Positions 11,670-23,329 of a stretch of 64,000 bases of DNA are shown one piece after another. Position numbers and translations under genes: made by a program. Each line of letters begins with the position of its first letter. Position 1 is the stretch's first letter. The notes beneath the pieces are model-generated. The model searched no databases. It was given only the letters and a program-made list of their open reading frames with translations, and was not told the DNA's origin. Source of the DNA: Chromera velia (Eukaryota); the NCBI GenBank assembly GCA_018398765.1, contig JAHBMJ010000444.1, positions 62,001-126,000 on the forward strand, read 5' to 3'.

Positions 11670-14600
11670 ATATACACATACGTACACATACATACACACA
11701 GATACATATACACATACACACACACATACACACACACACACACAGAGAGAGAGAGATGGGGGGGGGAGGGGGAAAGGAGAGAGGGAGAGAGAGAGAGTGC
11801 TGCCCACAGATCTGCAAGCATTTCTCCAACAGATCGCATCAGGTCACTTGGGGGTCCAAGCCAGTTACTGTCTGTCTCAGGCCTCTCCTCCTTCAAAACC
11901 TCCTTCTCCCAGACCGCTGCCAAATCCTGCAGATCTCTGAGGTCTCCCGTTGCAACAAATGGCGAAGGCTTGATGCCCAAAACATCAAAAACCTTAACCA
12001 GCTGCTCGTTGATATCGGAAATGCGGATCGCTAGCTGGGGATCAGTCATGAGGGATGGGAGTACCTGCTGCACTGAAGCTTCTTCTTCAACGGCTTCTGC
12101 TGTCTCCATATATCCTGAGAGACTAGACTCGCGCCCCCCCCCAATCCCAAGATCCCCCCCCATTGGCAAGTCAACGGACGGCCTAGCGGACGGCCCTGCA
12201 CTGCTGGCACCAGCTGCCGCCAGCGCAGTAGCCCCCCTCACTCCCGCCTTCTTCTTGCTGGTGGCAATTCTCCTCATCTTCTGCACAATGCGAAGGAACT
12301 CAACCGCATCGAACTGGCAAGCAGGGGAAAGGACTCTCACTTTGGCCCAAAAGAGCTCAATCCGAATATTCCCTGTGCGGGAGGGATTTCCTGTCTGCGC
12401 GATCGCTAACGCCCCCCCTACCATCACATTGCGGTGATTCCGTCTGGTCTGCCATGCAAGACCATTGAGAGAGTCAATGATGCCCCCATGAACCTAATGA
12501 AGCTTCAAACAAAGTCGGATCAATTTCTTTGGATCGACTTTTTGGAGTTATCGGTTCGGCAGATGGACAATGCACGAGAAACGGAGAGCGATCTGGAGGA
12601 AAAGGATGGGAAGGCGGAGCCACCAGGGGGCTTCTGCTATGACAACGGCTCTCATTGCTTCTGGAGTTGAGAAAAGAACAACGTTGTAATCGGATGTTTG
12701 ATCTTTTTGGGTGTATACACGACGGAGCACAGCTCCCAACTCAACCAACAAGCCACTGTCAACGACCAAACCATGAGAAAAAGAGAGACGCTGCCCCCCC
12801 AAAACAATTGCACGGAGGTCTCCTTTATTGGAGTGGGGGGGGCAGTTCACAGGGATCCAACCGATCTCTCCTCTCAGACGACGTGGAATCTGAAGCGAGA
12901 TCTACCCTGCCTGGGTGCCATCTCCATCAACACACGTCGAAAAGTGCAGGGTCGCATCATTCTCGTTGATGACCTCCTGCATGGAAGAAGAAAGGAAAGA
13001 AGAAGAAACATATGAAAACATTGTCAAATGGAAGGACAAAGGGGGGATGCTGAAGGAAACCAGAAAACAAACAAAAAGATAAAACAAGTCTCCGGGGACA
13101 ACCGATACTCTTGGGATTGAAAGAACATAATCAAAACAACAGAGCATTTGGAAATGATGGGATAGTACATCCGGGGTCCGATCTCACAGACCTGGCAAAT
13201 GTCCCGCAAATGGTCTATCTCCTCCCCCTTCAGATTCCCGTTCTTGTGGAGACATGCCCCCAACACAATCTCCTTGCATTCCGCCAGGTCATGACACACC
13301 ACCAAAGCAACAGTGATGAACTGGGCTAGCTTGTCGTCCTCAAACGGATCCAACGGATCGTACACTGCAACAAACTGCTCCTCTTTCACCCCCCTAAACC
13401 AGAGCTTGAGCGTCTGGTGGTAGACCATTCCTTTCCTGTTCTTCGAGGCGTCAAGCAGCAAAGACAACGCATACACCCCCCCCCTTAGAGCAAGAGGAGG
13501 TTTACTATGAAAAAGTGCAACCCCTCGCTCAAGTCTCTCTGCCACTTTCGCCTTGGTCGTGTCAAACAGGTTGTCGACCGCACCCTCCATCTTCTTCTTA
13601 GACTGGTCGAAGTACTTTTTGTTCACAGCAACCAAGTCTGTAAGCAGCGGGTGAAATCGAAGGCACACAAGAATAAGGTAAAAAAAAGAAGGAAAAAAAA
13701 AGTATGAGACGGGAGGAAGACAAAACAAAACTTGACAATGGAAATCGGATGTGAAAATCACCAGCCTAAAGAGAATTTTTGCGGGGGACGAAAGCAAGGA
13801 TTGAGGAGAAAAGGAAAAAGAGATAAAAAAAGGAGGGAGGGCAAATGTTAGAAAGGGGTGACTGACTGTCTCGCAACTCCTTTCGGACTCTGTCACCTCC
13901 TTCAGCACAGAGGACGTGCATACATGCACTCCACCGTTCTTTCAAGGGAGCATTCTTGTGACCAAGCACCCGTGCTATGAAACACTTTGCAAGATCAAGA
14001 AATGCCGTGTTGTTGATCAGCCCCTTCATGTGCAGGTCACAGAAGTCGATCAGAAAGCGGTCCTGGGCGATATAGCCTAAGCGGGTGTTCAGCTCAAGCA
14101 TCTTTGTGTGGTCCTTCAGGAGTGCTACTCTCACTTTAAGTTTGGGCAGCTCGGTGGAGTACAAGGCATTGTCGTAGCAACTCACGCTGCTGATGTGCTT
14201 CACCTCCTTGTCGTGCAGGCTCTGCAGGTGAGCAATTTGATCTGCTAAAGCTCTGTCGCGCCTCAACTTCAGGAGGTCCTCGTGGTGACTTCACCTCCTT
14301 GTCGTGCAGGCTCTGCAGGTGAGCAATTTGATCTGCTAAAGCTCTGTCGCGCCTCAACTTCAGGAGGTCCTCGTGGTGAGTGAACTTGTACTTCTCTAAC
14401 ACCTCCTCCACCTCTCCAAAAAATAAAAGACTGTCCTTCTGCTTGTGCAGGGGGTTCTTGTCGGCCTTGACCTCCTGGAGCTCTTTACACTCAGATGAAA
14501 GATGCCACTTCATATGAGAAAGGAGGCCAGAGGAGAAGTTGAGGTACGCCTTCTCCTCCACAAGTACAAAAGGGCAGTTCGCTGCGTGGATGGTGTCCTG

Positions 14601-15209
14601 GAAGTCCAGGACCCAGGGGTGGTTGTTGTACTGAAGCTGTTCCATGTTGAGCTTGGTGGAATATTTTTTCTTCAATTTAAGGTACTTCACCTGCTCGTCC
14701 AGATTCTTCAGCTTCGTGTTCTTGGCAGCAAACATACAGAGCCCATAACACCTATCAGGTGGGTGGACAGGTTCAGGAGGAGCTTGTTGATCTCCTCCCT
14801 CAGCCTGGTTCCCAGGTGGCAGAGGGTTAACTCGTCCAGGGTTGACTACAGCTGCAGCTTTGGGCTTTTCCTGCTTAAAAAATGCACCAAGCCTCGTTTG
14901 TGTCTTGAAATTTTGTAGTGCAAGAAGGTGGCTCCCCTTATGAATGTGTTCCTCAGCATCCCCCTTCTTGTTGGTGTGGTAGATCTCATACAGATTGTCA
15001 GCACGCCTCAGCAGAAACTGCTTGCCACAAGGCTTGCAACTTGCCTCCACGCGTTTCTGGCCCTTATACATAACGGTTTTGAGGGTGATCTTGTTCTTTG
15101 ACAGAAGCTCTTGATCCTCTGCAGAAAGCTGGATCTGTGGGTCTGACATGCCAGTTTTTGCCTTTTTCTCAGGAGGCTCTTCCTCGCCATTTCGAGAATC
15201 ACCAGGCAT
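10775..15209 (-). pseudogene. Spliced P-element/THAP9-like DDE transposase pseudogene
   Basis: Motifs in order: CxxC..H-x5-H finger (CKPC..HIHKGSH), QTRLGAFF, GGDRVRKELRD, LSLLLDAS..MVYH (first D), CVDGDG (second D), CPPHSNK (C/DxxH-K), RTGNIRIELFWAKVR (catalytic E). GT-AG introns at ~13641-13866 and ~12978-13191 restore the frame. In-frame stops at 12902, 12548 and 12494, plus a 91-bp duplication that shifts the frame. Confidence 0.75.
14198..14379. repeat. Perfect 91-bp tandem duplication inside the transposase
   Basis: 14198-14288 is identical to 14289-14379; this explains the overlap of ORFs 14136-15209 and 13766-14266. Confidence 0.95.
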
Positions 15210-16391
15210 GTTTTCGAGTCAAAAAAAAACAACCACCTTAAGGGGACTCTGTCACACAATGCGCAAGACGGTTTGGGTGAGGCATGAACTACCAAAATCA
15301 CCAGAAATTGCAATGCAGACCATACCAGACAAGGAAAGAATGGGCAGGACAGACTAGGACAGTAAAGCTCCCGCCAACCCTGCAAGTAAGTAGAGTATGA
15401 CAGTAAAGAACAGCTGGGCGCTGAGTATGAGTCCATTGAGTTGATTGAAGTATCATATTCTTTCAGTATGACTTGGAGACGGCAATTGGAGACGGCAGAG
15501 TCGACCGCTTAAAACGAACCCTGGTTTTGTTGGGAGGTTGGGCCGCCGCCGCAAAAACCCCTGGGGTTGTTTGATTTGGGCCCGCGAGCTCTGGACGCCG
15601 CCACCAAAAACAGTAGGGGTTCCAAATAGGACAAGGGGGGTGATGCCCCCGCCAGAGTGATATACGCACAAATGCATATATATTCCTAAAGACATGCCGA
15701 GGCCACTAGAGGAACATGCACGCGCGGCAATGGTGTACCTGTTAAGCCCCGTGGAATAGACTGTGTACCTTTAGCTCTTTCACTTCTCATGTTTAATCGT
15801 GTTATATCGTATCACTCTGAAGCTATCTGAAGCTATCAGCCAGTGTCAAGGGCTGTCATCGGTGTAAGCCGATATCTCATCTCGGTACAAGCCGATATTT
15901 TTGTGGGTATAAACTAGTGCAAGCCAATATCTTGCAGTGTATAGATTATGGTATAGATTATGGGGTACCATAAATAGTAATAAATAACCACAGAAATTAA
16001 TGAACATTCTCAGGGTATTCCAGCCTCATTCCCAGGGATTCTCCAAAAGATTCTCAAAATAAAAATCCTATCCAATCTAACCCTAGCCTATCTAACTTTA
16101 GCCTATCCAGGGTCATCCTATGTCAAGAACGTTCAATGATCAAACAATGAAACATACCAAAACTAATTAACAAAATCACTAAAAATCATATATTGAAAAA
16201 CATGCTTATACATATATTCAAAGTTAAGATGCGCCCTAAAATATATTTATGTCATCTAAACACACCTAAATATGGTCTGATTATGACTCTGATAGACAAA
16301 CATACTACATATTTCTTTTTCTCCCTTCTATTTTTCATGTATAAACTAGTGCATAAAATTATATAAAATAGTATATATAACAGGTATATGG

Positions 16392-16435
<44 letters not shown>

Positions 16436-16502
16436 ACACACACAGACAGACAGACAGACAGACACATTCACGCACGCACGCACACACGCACGCATGCACG
16501 CG

Positions 16503-16554
<52 letters not shown>

Positions 16555-16827
16555 CACGGAGAATAAGAGTATATAAGAGAGAGAGAGAGAGATGCGAACC
16601 TGCAGTGCATCACTTGTGTTTCTGGCCAATATAACCTGGTTGTCCGCCCTTTGCCTCACGGTACATACCGGAGTGAAACTTGAATGCTCGTTAGCCATAA
16701 CGTACTATGATGATGACAGTGTTATGAGAGGTAACTGTACATGCGCACTGCTATCCATATTTGTATCTTGCCGGCAAGAAAATGCAATGATGCAAGAGAG
16801 CAACTGCATGTATCTCTCACAAGCTTC

Positions 16828-19800
16828 TCATCGAATTTCATCTCCTTCAACATCTTCCCCACCCGTTTGGGCCGTCCCCGCATATCTCCTTTCCAGTGGC
16901 ACTGCACTCGCAGCGCAGGGTGACCCTCCCTTTGCAGGCGTTCCAACCGGTTTGCTGCTTCTCAAACATATGCTCAAGGGATCATCGCTTCCTCCACCCA
17001 GCTCTGGCATGCGCCGCTTTGAATTACGAAGACACAACGTTGAAGGTCTTCGGCGAACTGCACTGTTGAAAGACTTTCGCAACTTCAAAGACGATATGAA
17101 AGCTTCTCCTTCCCTTCGCTTCTGCCCCGCCTTTTCCCTTTTTCTACTTCGCTGTGAATTGCTAACTTCCTTCTTCTCCGGTTGATCTACTTTCCCTGCG
17201 CCCCCACCCACAAGGCCCTTTTTATTCCCCGTCTGATGCCTTTGCATCCGCCTCTGCTGCTGCATTCTGTCGACTCGCTCGAAGAGGCCGACTTTTTCGT
17301 TCAGAATGTCCAGAAAGTGTAAAGACAGGTCGTACAACGGGAAGTAGACTCCACCCATGACGGTGATGTATAACAAGCGCTGCAGACGTTTCAACAAGCA
17401 GGCAGCAAAGGAGAAGTGGGGTTTGCTCGTGTCAGTCAGTCTAGAGGGCAGGCAGTGGGGCGGGCAGTCGGTTGATCTGTCAGACGCAAGAAAATGAGAG
17501 CAAAGAAGAAAGAAACAACAGAAAGAAAGAGGGGGGAGGAAACAGAAAAGCAGAGCGGAATGAGGCGCAAAAAACTAAAGGAGAAAGGAACATTCCGGAT
17601 TTCAATTCCTGCCAACCAACGATGCAACGCGAAGTGTCACGCAACCAACTCGGCAGCACCCAATCTACTCCAACAAACCTGTGATGACCCTCGGAAGAAG
17701 ACTTGTGTGCCTCCATTTTGGAACAACTCGCTTGCAGCTTGAAGAATCGAGGGTGCGCCTCCTGTCTGCACTTTTGTCTTCACAACATCCATCGGGGTGC
17801 TTATCACTCCGCCAATCAGACTACAGAGCGAGCTGACGACCATCAAGAACGACCGTGCAGCAATCTCATCATCAGGAACCTTTAAGACCTTCTTACTGCT
17901 TTCCTCCTTTTTTATCTCCGTTGACATCTGTACCATTCCCCCCCCCTTTCTCTTTTTCCTCCACCGCCTAAGTGAGAACACTCTTTTCCCTTTAGTGGAC
18001 CCCCCTTCCTCTTCGCTGTCAGACGATATCAAATGGACCCGCCGAGCAATCAGTCGCGGCTTTAGCCACTCATAAATCACCAGAGAGAACGCCCAGTGGG
18101 GAAAGTCACGAAGGATCGTACAGGTGTTGCCCTTATAGAGGCCGAGTACCCCCTCCGTGCGAAGAACGTCGCCGGCAGCTGCCCAGAAAGAGCTTTCGAG
18201 CCCCGCCTGCAGGAGAAGGAAGGAAAACAGAAATGGAACAAATCAAGCCACATTGACTAGCTGCAAGGTACGCGACGGAGTCGGAAAGAAACCAGGGTCA
18301 AGTCACGAAACACAAAAGCAAAGCAAAATGGTCAGAAGACAAAGACACGCACGTGCGACATCGATGGAAGCCCTCCCCACTTTCAAGCAGTCCCGTCAGT
18401 CCCGGCGGACAGCTGACACAAGGTTTCCTTCGAAGTCTGATTCTTCTCCTCAGGAGCTACACAGATTGGATGAAAGGAGGAAGAGAGAGAGAGAGAGAGA
18501 GAGAGACAAGAGGCACCCAAAGGAAAAGGATGCGGACAGCAGGGAAGATGCACAAACTCTCTCCTCACACACCCCTCCATTCCTCCAGCACTCGAGTGCA
18601 CAACCGAAAACAGACACAGCCCGGTGGACCAAGAGAGGTCCGAGAAAAAAAGCAAAGCAAATAGAAGGACAGGAGGACGAACCTGTAAGCGCAGTTTGAG
18701 AACTTCCAGAGGTGCCCTCAACGTTGATGCAAAAAACTGGCCGCACGCGGCAGAAAAAAACTCAGGAAGTCCCCACGCTCTGCGCAAACATTAAGAGAGA
18801 AAGTAGCAAGAAAAGCACAAATGCAACGCACACATACAGTCACACACGGACATACACACGCACACACAGACGCGCGCGCGGGGGCGGGGTAAATGCACGC
18901 ACACACGGACGCCCTCGCATACACGAACACTCAATGTCTCTCGTTCGTTTTCCTTGCGCACACAAGTATGCGCGCACGCACGCGCACACGCTCGTCCACA
19001 CACACTTACACGCATTTCCAAGCGCACACTCACTCTCTCACTCTCACTCAGGCACACACAGACACACACAGGAGAGAGGTGGGGTGGGAAGAAAGAGAAA
19101 GCCAAAGACAGGATGGGGAGGGAGAACGAAGCGTCACATAACACTGGGAGGGGAGGGAAGGAAGGGAGAAGAGTCAGGCAGCAAACAGGTGGCGCGCAAG
19201 GTCAGAGACAGAGTAGGAAGGAGCAAATAACGCCATTCTCATTCTTCGTTCTGTCCACTCCCTCCCCCCCTCAGTCCCAGCATTTTTGACTGCTACTGTC
19301 TAGAAACAGGCCAGTCTCGCGCTGACCTGAAGATCTCGAACCCCGCCATCTTCACTGCCGACGAGGGGGCCACGCTGAGTGCCGACGTGACGGCTCCTTG
19401 GTAGAGACGGGCAACAGTGGGAACGACGCCCTTCGAGGCCGCCATATCTCGAAGAATGAGGTGCCACGAGGTACCTGGGTTTTGTTGAACGAGAATCTTG
19501 AGGGTGTCAAGCGGGTGTAGAGCGATTGTGACGATCACAGCTGTGATTGCACCGGCAAGAAGGGACTTCAACCACAGGCGAGACGAGAGAGGATCGCCGG
19601 AAGCAGTCACTACCCCTTTCGCCTCTTCCGTACGCACACGGGGGGTTGCGTAAGCGGCAGAGACGGTGGTATGCATCCGGTTGTCTCTCCGTCTGTGTAT
19701 GAAAGAAAATCTGCCGCTTTGGGGCACCTTCAAAAGAGAAGAGGATGACAAAGGAGACGGCTGTCTCCTTGCTCTCTTCGATCTTTCGCTATTTCGGTCT

Positions 19801-19964
19801 GAAGAGGGAAAGAATTTGAGGGAAAGCCGATCACTACGAGTCAGACCGAATCGTACGGGAGCGTCAACCTGCTTTTGCATGACTACACCGTTCGCCCCCG
19901 CTGCCCACCGTAATAGCAGCAGTAGGGGAAGCACCCAAATACCAGAGCTCCGCATACTTCTCAT
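16828..19964 (-). CDS. Mitochondrial carrier family (SLC25) transporter, SAM-carrier-like, with a bipartite (signal + transit) leader; 4 exons, ~604 aa
   Basis: Exons 19964-19327, 18779-18683, 18206-17679 and 17379-16828 have GT-AG ends and join in frame. Three Px[DE]xx[KR] signatures: PLDTLK, PLEVLK, PMDVVK. Also GVLGLYKG and LRDFP. Confidence 0.9.
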
Positions 19965-20663
19965 TGTCCCCTTCTTTCACGAGAGACGCCTCAACTCGGC
20001 AAAAGGCACTCTGGAAGGCTCCACAAACAAAGAGAAATAGGCTGCACAGATCAAAGCGGCACGCTCTAAGGACGCTTACGTCGACATGTGTACCTTTGCA
20101 TGACAACACCCTAGCTTTGAGTCCCTCAAAAACTGGCGGCTTGTCCACACGGAAAATGGGGTCTGTGCTTGCCTGGGATCCATCTGCAGACACACATCTC
20201 TAATCTGGGCAGGCTGGATGCTGTATTGTCGCTTACTTTCTTCGCCTTTCTCCGGAGATGGGGATGATTTGGAGAGAGAGGAGATTCAGCCGTCCTGCCC
20301 TGTCAGCCAAAGCTCTGCAAATTAAGCAACACACGCTTTGCAATCCCGGAAAGACACAGGATTTCCCTTGCGGGGCCATTCTCACTCTTGCATGCGCGTG
20401 CGTCATCGTCGCGGTAATCGGCTTCGACTGCACGCATGCGCATGCTTCTGCATGTAAGCTCCATGCATTGAAGTACGGACATGCATGCAGATTTGTATAC
20501 GTGATTGAGTGCTCACTGTCGAAAGACGAGAGTCAGAAAGAACAAAAACGCTTCTCGACTGAAACCATCATCCAAAGACTTGAAGTGCTGCCCTTAGAAG
20601 AGAAGCATTTGAGGAATTTTACTCGAACGGCTGACTGGCAGACTGACTGATTGACTGACCTTG

Positions 20664-21536
20664 ATGACTTCCGTTCAGCCTGTGACAGCCGCATCCTTTG
20701 TGCACAAGCGGTGGGTGGAATGGTGCTTACCTAGCCCCATCACACTGGAGAGAAAGGCTCTCCTGACAACCCTTCTTCGCTTGTGCCTGATCGTCTACCT
20801 TGTGTTCTTTGGCGTTTGGTCTCTGTGGACCGAAAGAACCTGGTGGAAGTTCTTCGCTTTCTTGACAAACAACAGTTGGATTGTCGTATTCTTGTACGTC
20901 TTTTTCGCTTTCTGCCTCTCAGCATCATTATGTAGAAGGAAAATTGTCCGTCGTACCTCTGACCTGGAGAGCGATGGCACTGACCAACAGCTGACAGGTG
21001 CCACGGTAGAGAAGCCAGCGTTCCTCGTCCGTCTCTGCCAGGTCCTGCTTCAGATGGGCGTGGTGCTGCAGTTCTGTGTGACTGCCCTCTACTGGACCCT
21101 GGTGTTCCCTGACCTTGCCAGGAACAACAAAATTCGGTATCCGGTGTTGAGCGTCAACCTCCATGGAGGCTCCCTCATGCTGATGCTGCTCGAATTGGCA
21201 GAGACTGGGGTCTCCTTCCGTCCCTTTGATGCCATTTTCACCCTTATCTTCTGTGCAATTTACACACCAATGAACTGGTTCGCAACGGTTCACACAGGGC
21301 ATCCAGTGTACGCAGTAGTGACCTGGCAGGACTGGAAGACCCCCGCCCTCCTTGCCTTCGGGTATTCACTCATCATCGCAGTGCACTTCGTCTTTGTTGC
21401 CTTGACCAACAGAAGAGGACAGACGAGGGCCCCGGCATCCCTTGAAGACCCCTTGGTGGAGGGGGCCTCCCCAGGCAGAAAAGGGTCACAACAGGGAAAT
21501 ATCGTTGCCCCAGCCGTTGAACCCGCAGGGCGGTAA
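20664..21536 (+). CDS. Multi-pass membrane protein of the FAR-17a/AIG1/rolling stone type
   Basis: About 6 hydrophobic segments, with motifs FAFLTNNSW, VTALYWTL, VNLHG and PVYAVVTW. A possible extra 3' exon uses the donor at 21533 (gtaaga) and acceptor at ~21915, ending ~22036. Confidence 0.75.
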   Translation: MTSVQPVTAASFVHKRWVEWCLPSPITLERKALLTTLLRLCLIVYLVFFGVWSLWTERTWWKFFAFLTNNSWIVVFLYVFFAFCLSASLCRRKIVRRTSDLESDGTDQQLTGATVEKPAFLVRLCQVLLQMGVVLQFCVTALYWTLVFPDLARNNKIRYPVLSVNLHGGSLMLMLLELAETGVSFRPFDAIFTLIFCAIYTPMNWFATVHTGHPVYAVVTWQDWKTPALLAFGYSLIIAVHFVFVALTNRRGQTRAPASLEDPLVEGASPGRKGSQQGNIVAPAVEPAGR

Positions 21537-23329
21537 GAGAAGTCGCCTGACTCGGGAAGGGAGAGAATTAGAAGAAAATGCAGGGAGTTGACGAATCCAA
21601 TTGAGTTCAACTGGCTCTAAACCCTCGAGGGACACGCAAAAGAGAAATAGAGGCAGAAAGCCCCTCACAATATAGGCCTGTTTGTGCCCCTTCGGCCCTT
21701 GCCAATAGAAAGGGAGGTGGAACCGAGGTGCTGTAAGAATTGATTTCTTCAACTGGGTTGTCTGCTTGATCAGCATGTACACACCCACATCGTACACTTA
21801 CACCTTATCCGTCTTCCTTTCTTTCGCTCTCTCTGTCTGCCTACCTTTCATTATTCCAAATTCTTGCCCTGCTTCTTTCCTCATTTAATTCCGCCTTCTT
21901 CTCTTCGTTTCGCAGCATGCCCAGATGCAGAGACCGCATGAATGGATTCGTTACAGAATGCCGACAGGCCTTCTACATACGTTTGACGACGCTCCTTTGT
22001 TGTACAAAAGGGAAAGAGAACTTGAAGAGAAACTGAGGGAGAAAGAAAGCAAAACGGCACCCAGGAGGACAGGTCACTGACAGGTGAAATCGATACATAA
22101 GGCTGTATGGCCAGGGACTAATTCAAGAGAAACAATGTAACCGCAATTCAACATACTGATTGAAGCGCAGCACCTCAGCTGATTCTTTGGAGTGCATGCA
22201 TGAGTGGGGTGGCCCATGCAAAAGCTGTGCATGCAAAAAGTTTCGTTTGTGATCTTCTCACACTTCCCCTCTCCGTTGTGATTCCCATCTCCTCCTCTCT
22301 GTGTTTGTCTTTACTTTGTTCTTTAACCTTTTTCGTTCATTTTGGACGGTATCCCTTCATTTCTCCCTCCTACATTCCTTCTTCCTTTTCTGTTTCCCTC
22401 CCTCCCGCCTTTCCTCGCTAACCGAGAAAGGCGCCTCTTCTCTTTTTCTCCCTCTCTGTGTGTGCGTCCATATGTGCATGAGAGAAACACTGTCGTTTCT
22501 TTTCGTTTCGTTTTCATTTTCGCCTGGCAGTGCGTGCACGTTGGGAAAAAAGAACGACGGTTTCTGTTCCGGTATGCACCTCTTGTGCATGTGCGTTGCG
22601 CTTATCTTTTCCACCTGTCTGCTTGCTTGCCTAGATGGAAGCGCGGTCGAACAAAAACCGATCGACCAATGCATTCAGTACGCATGCTTACAGACAGGGG
22701 CGCAAGGGCAAGCCGAGCGAGCCTCGAGCACCCGTCTTTATTTCCCCCAATGAGATGATGGGACTTATTTGATTTGATTCGATTTGATTTGGGGCATTGA
22801 GTTTCATCGTTTGCATGTTGTCCTGCGTCATGTGAGCATGCGTACATGCCTCTCGCACGCTCCGGCACATCCTGTCTTTTTCTCTGAAGCATGAAGGTGT
22901 ACGCCAGACAGCATTCAATCACACGCTCATTCTGGATTGCCGCGGTGGGCCATGATGTGTGGATTCGTTTTCATCAGACATTTCGTAAACGACGGCCTTG
23001 ATCATGACTCTCAGAGTTTTGACACTGGTAGTCACACTACAGACTGTACATATTTTTACATATAGTCCACTCAAGATTGAGTCATACATAATCCCTAGGA
23101 TAATTCTCAGCATAACCAAAAGTTTAACAAAAAGAACTTGAATACATGCATTAATTAATAAATAGTAATAAATTAAGATACTCTTCCCGGCCGGGATCGA
23201 GACATAAAGGTCATCATATGATTTTAAGTTTTTAATAGTAACTTAAATAGTTTCTACATGAGAATTGCTGGGCCAGCCGCAAGTGGTCGACTGAGACTTG
23301 ATGAGACTTTCTCATGAGACTTGATCGGC

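Larger units (their letters stand above)
10724..15939 (-). mobile_element. Decayed P-element-like DNA transposon (boundaries tentative)
   Basis: Encloses the transposase pseudogene. Candidate ends are ta|CACTGCA (10724) and TGCAGTG|ta (15939). Three GTRYAAGCCRATAT subterminal repeats lie at ~15862-15930. Confidence 0.55.

Noticed and set aside
12494..12904. Stop-codon reassignment or readthrough as the explanation for in-frame TAG/TAA
   Set aside because: Host genes terminate at TAA/TAG/TGA normally, and internal stops are confined to TEs that also carry frameshifts and mutated catalytic motifs.
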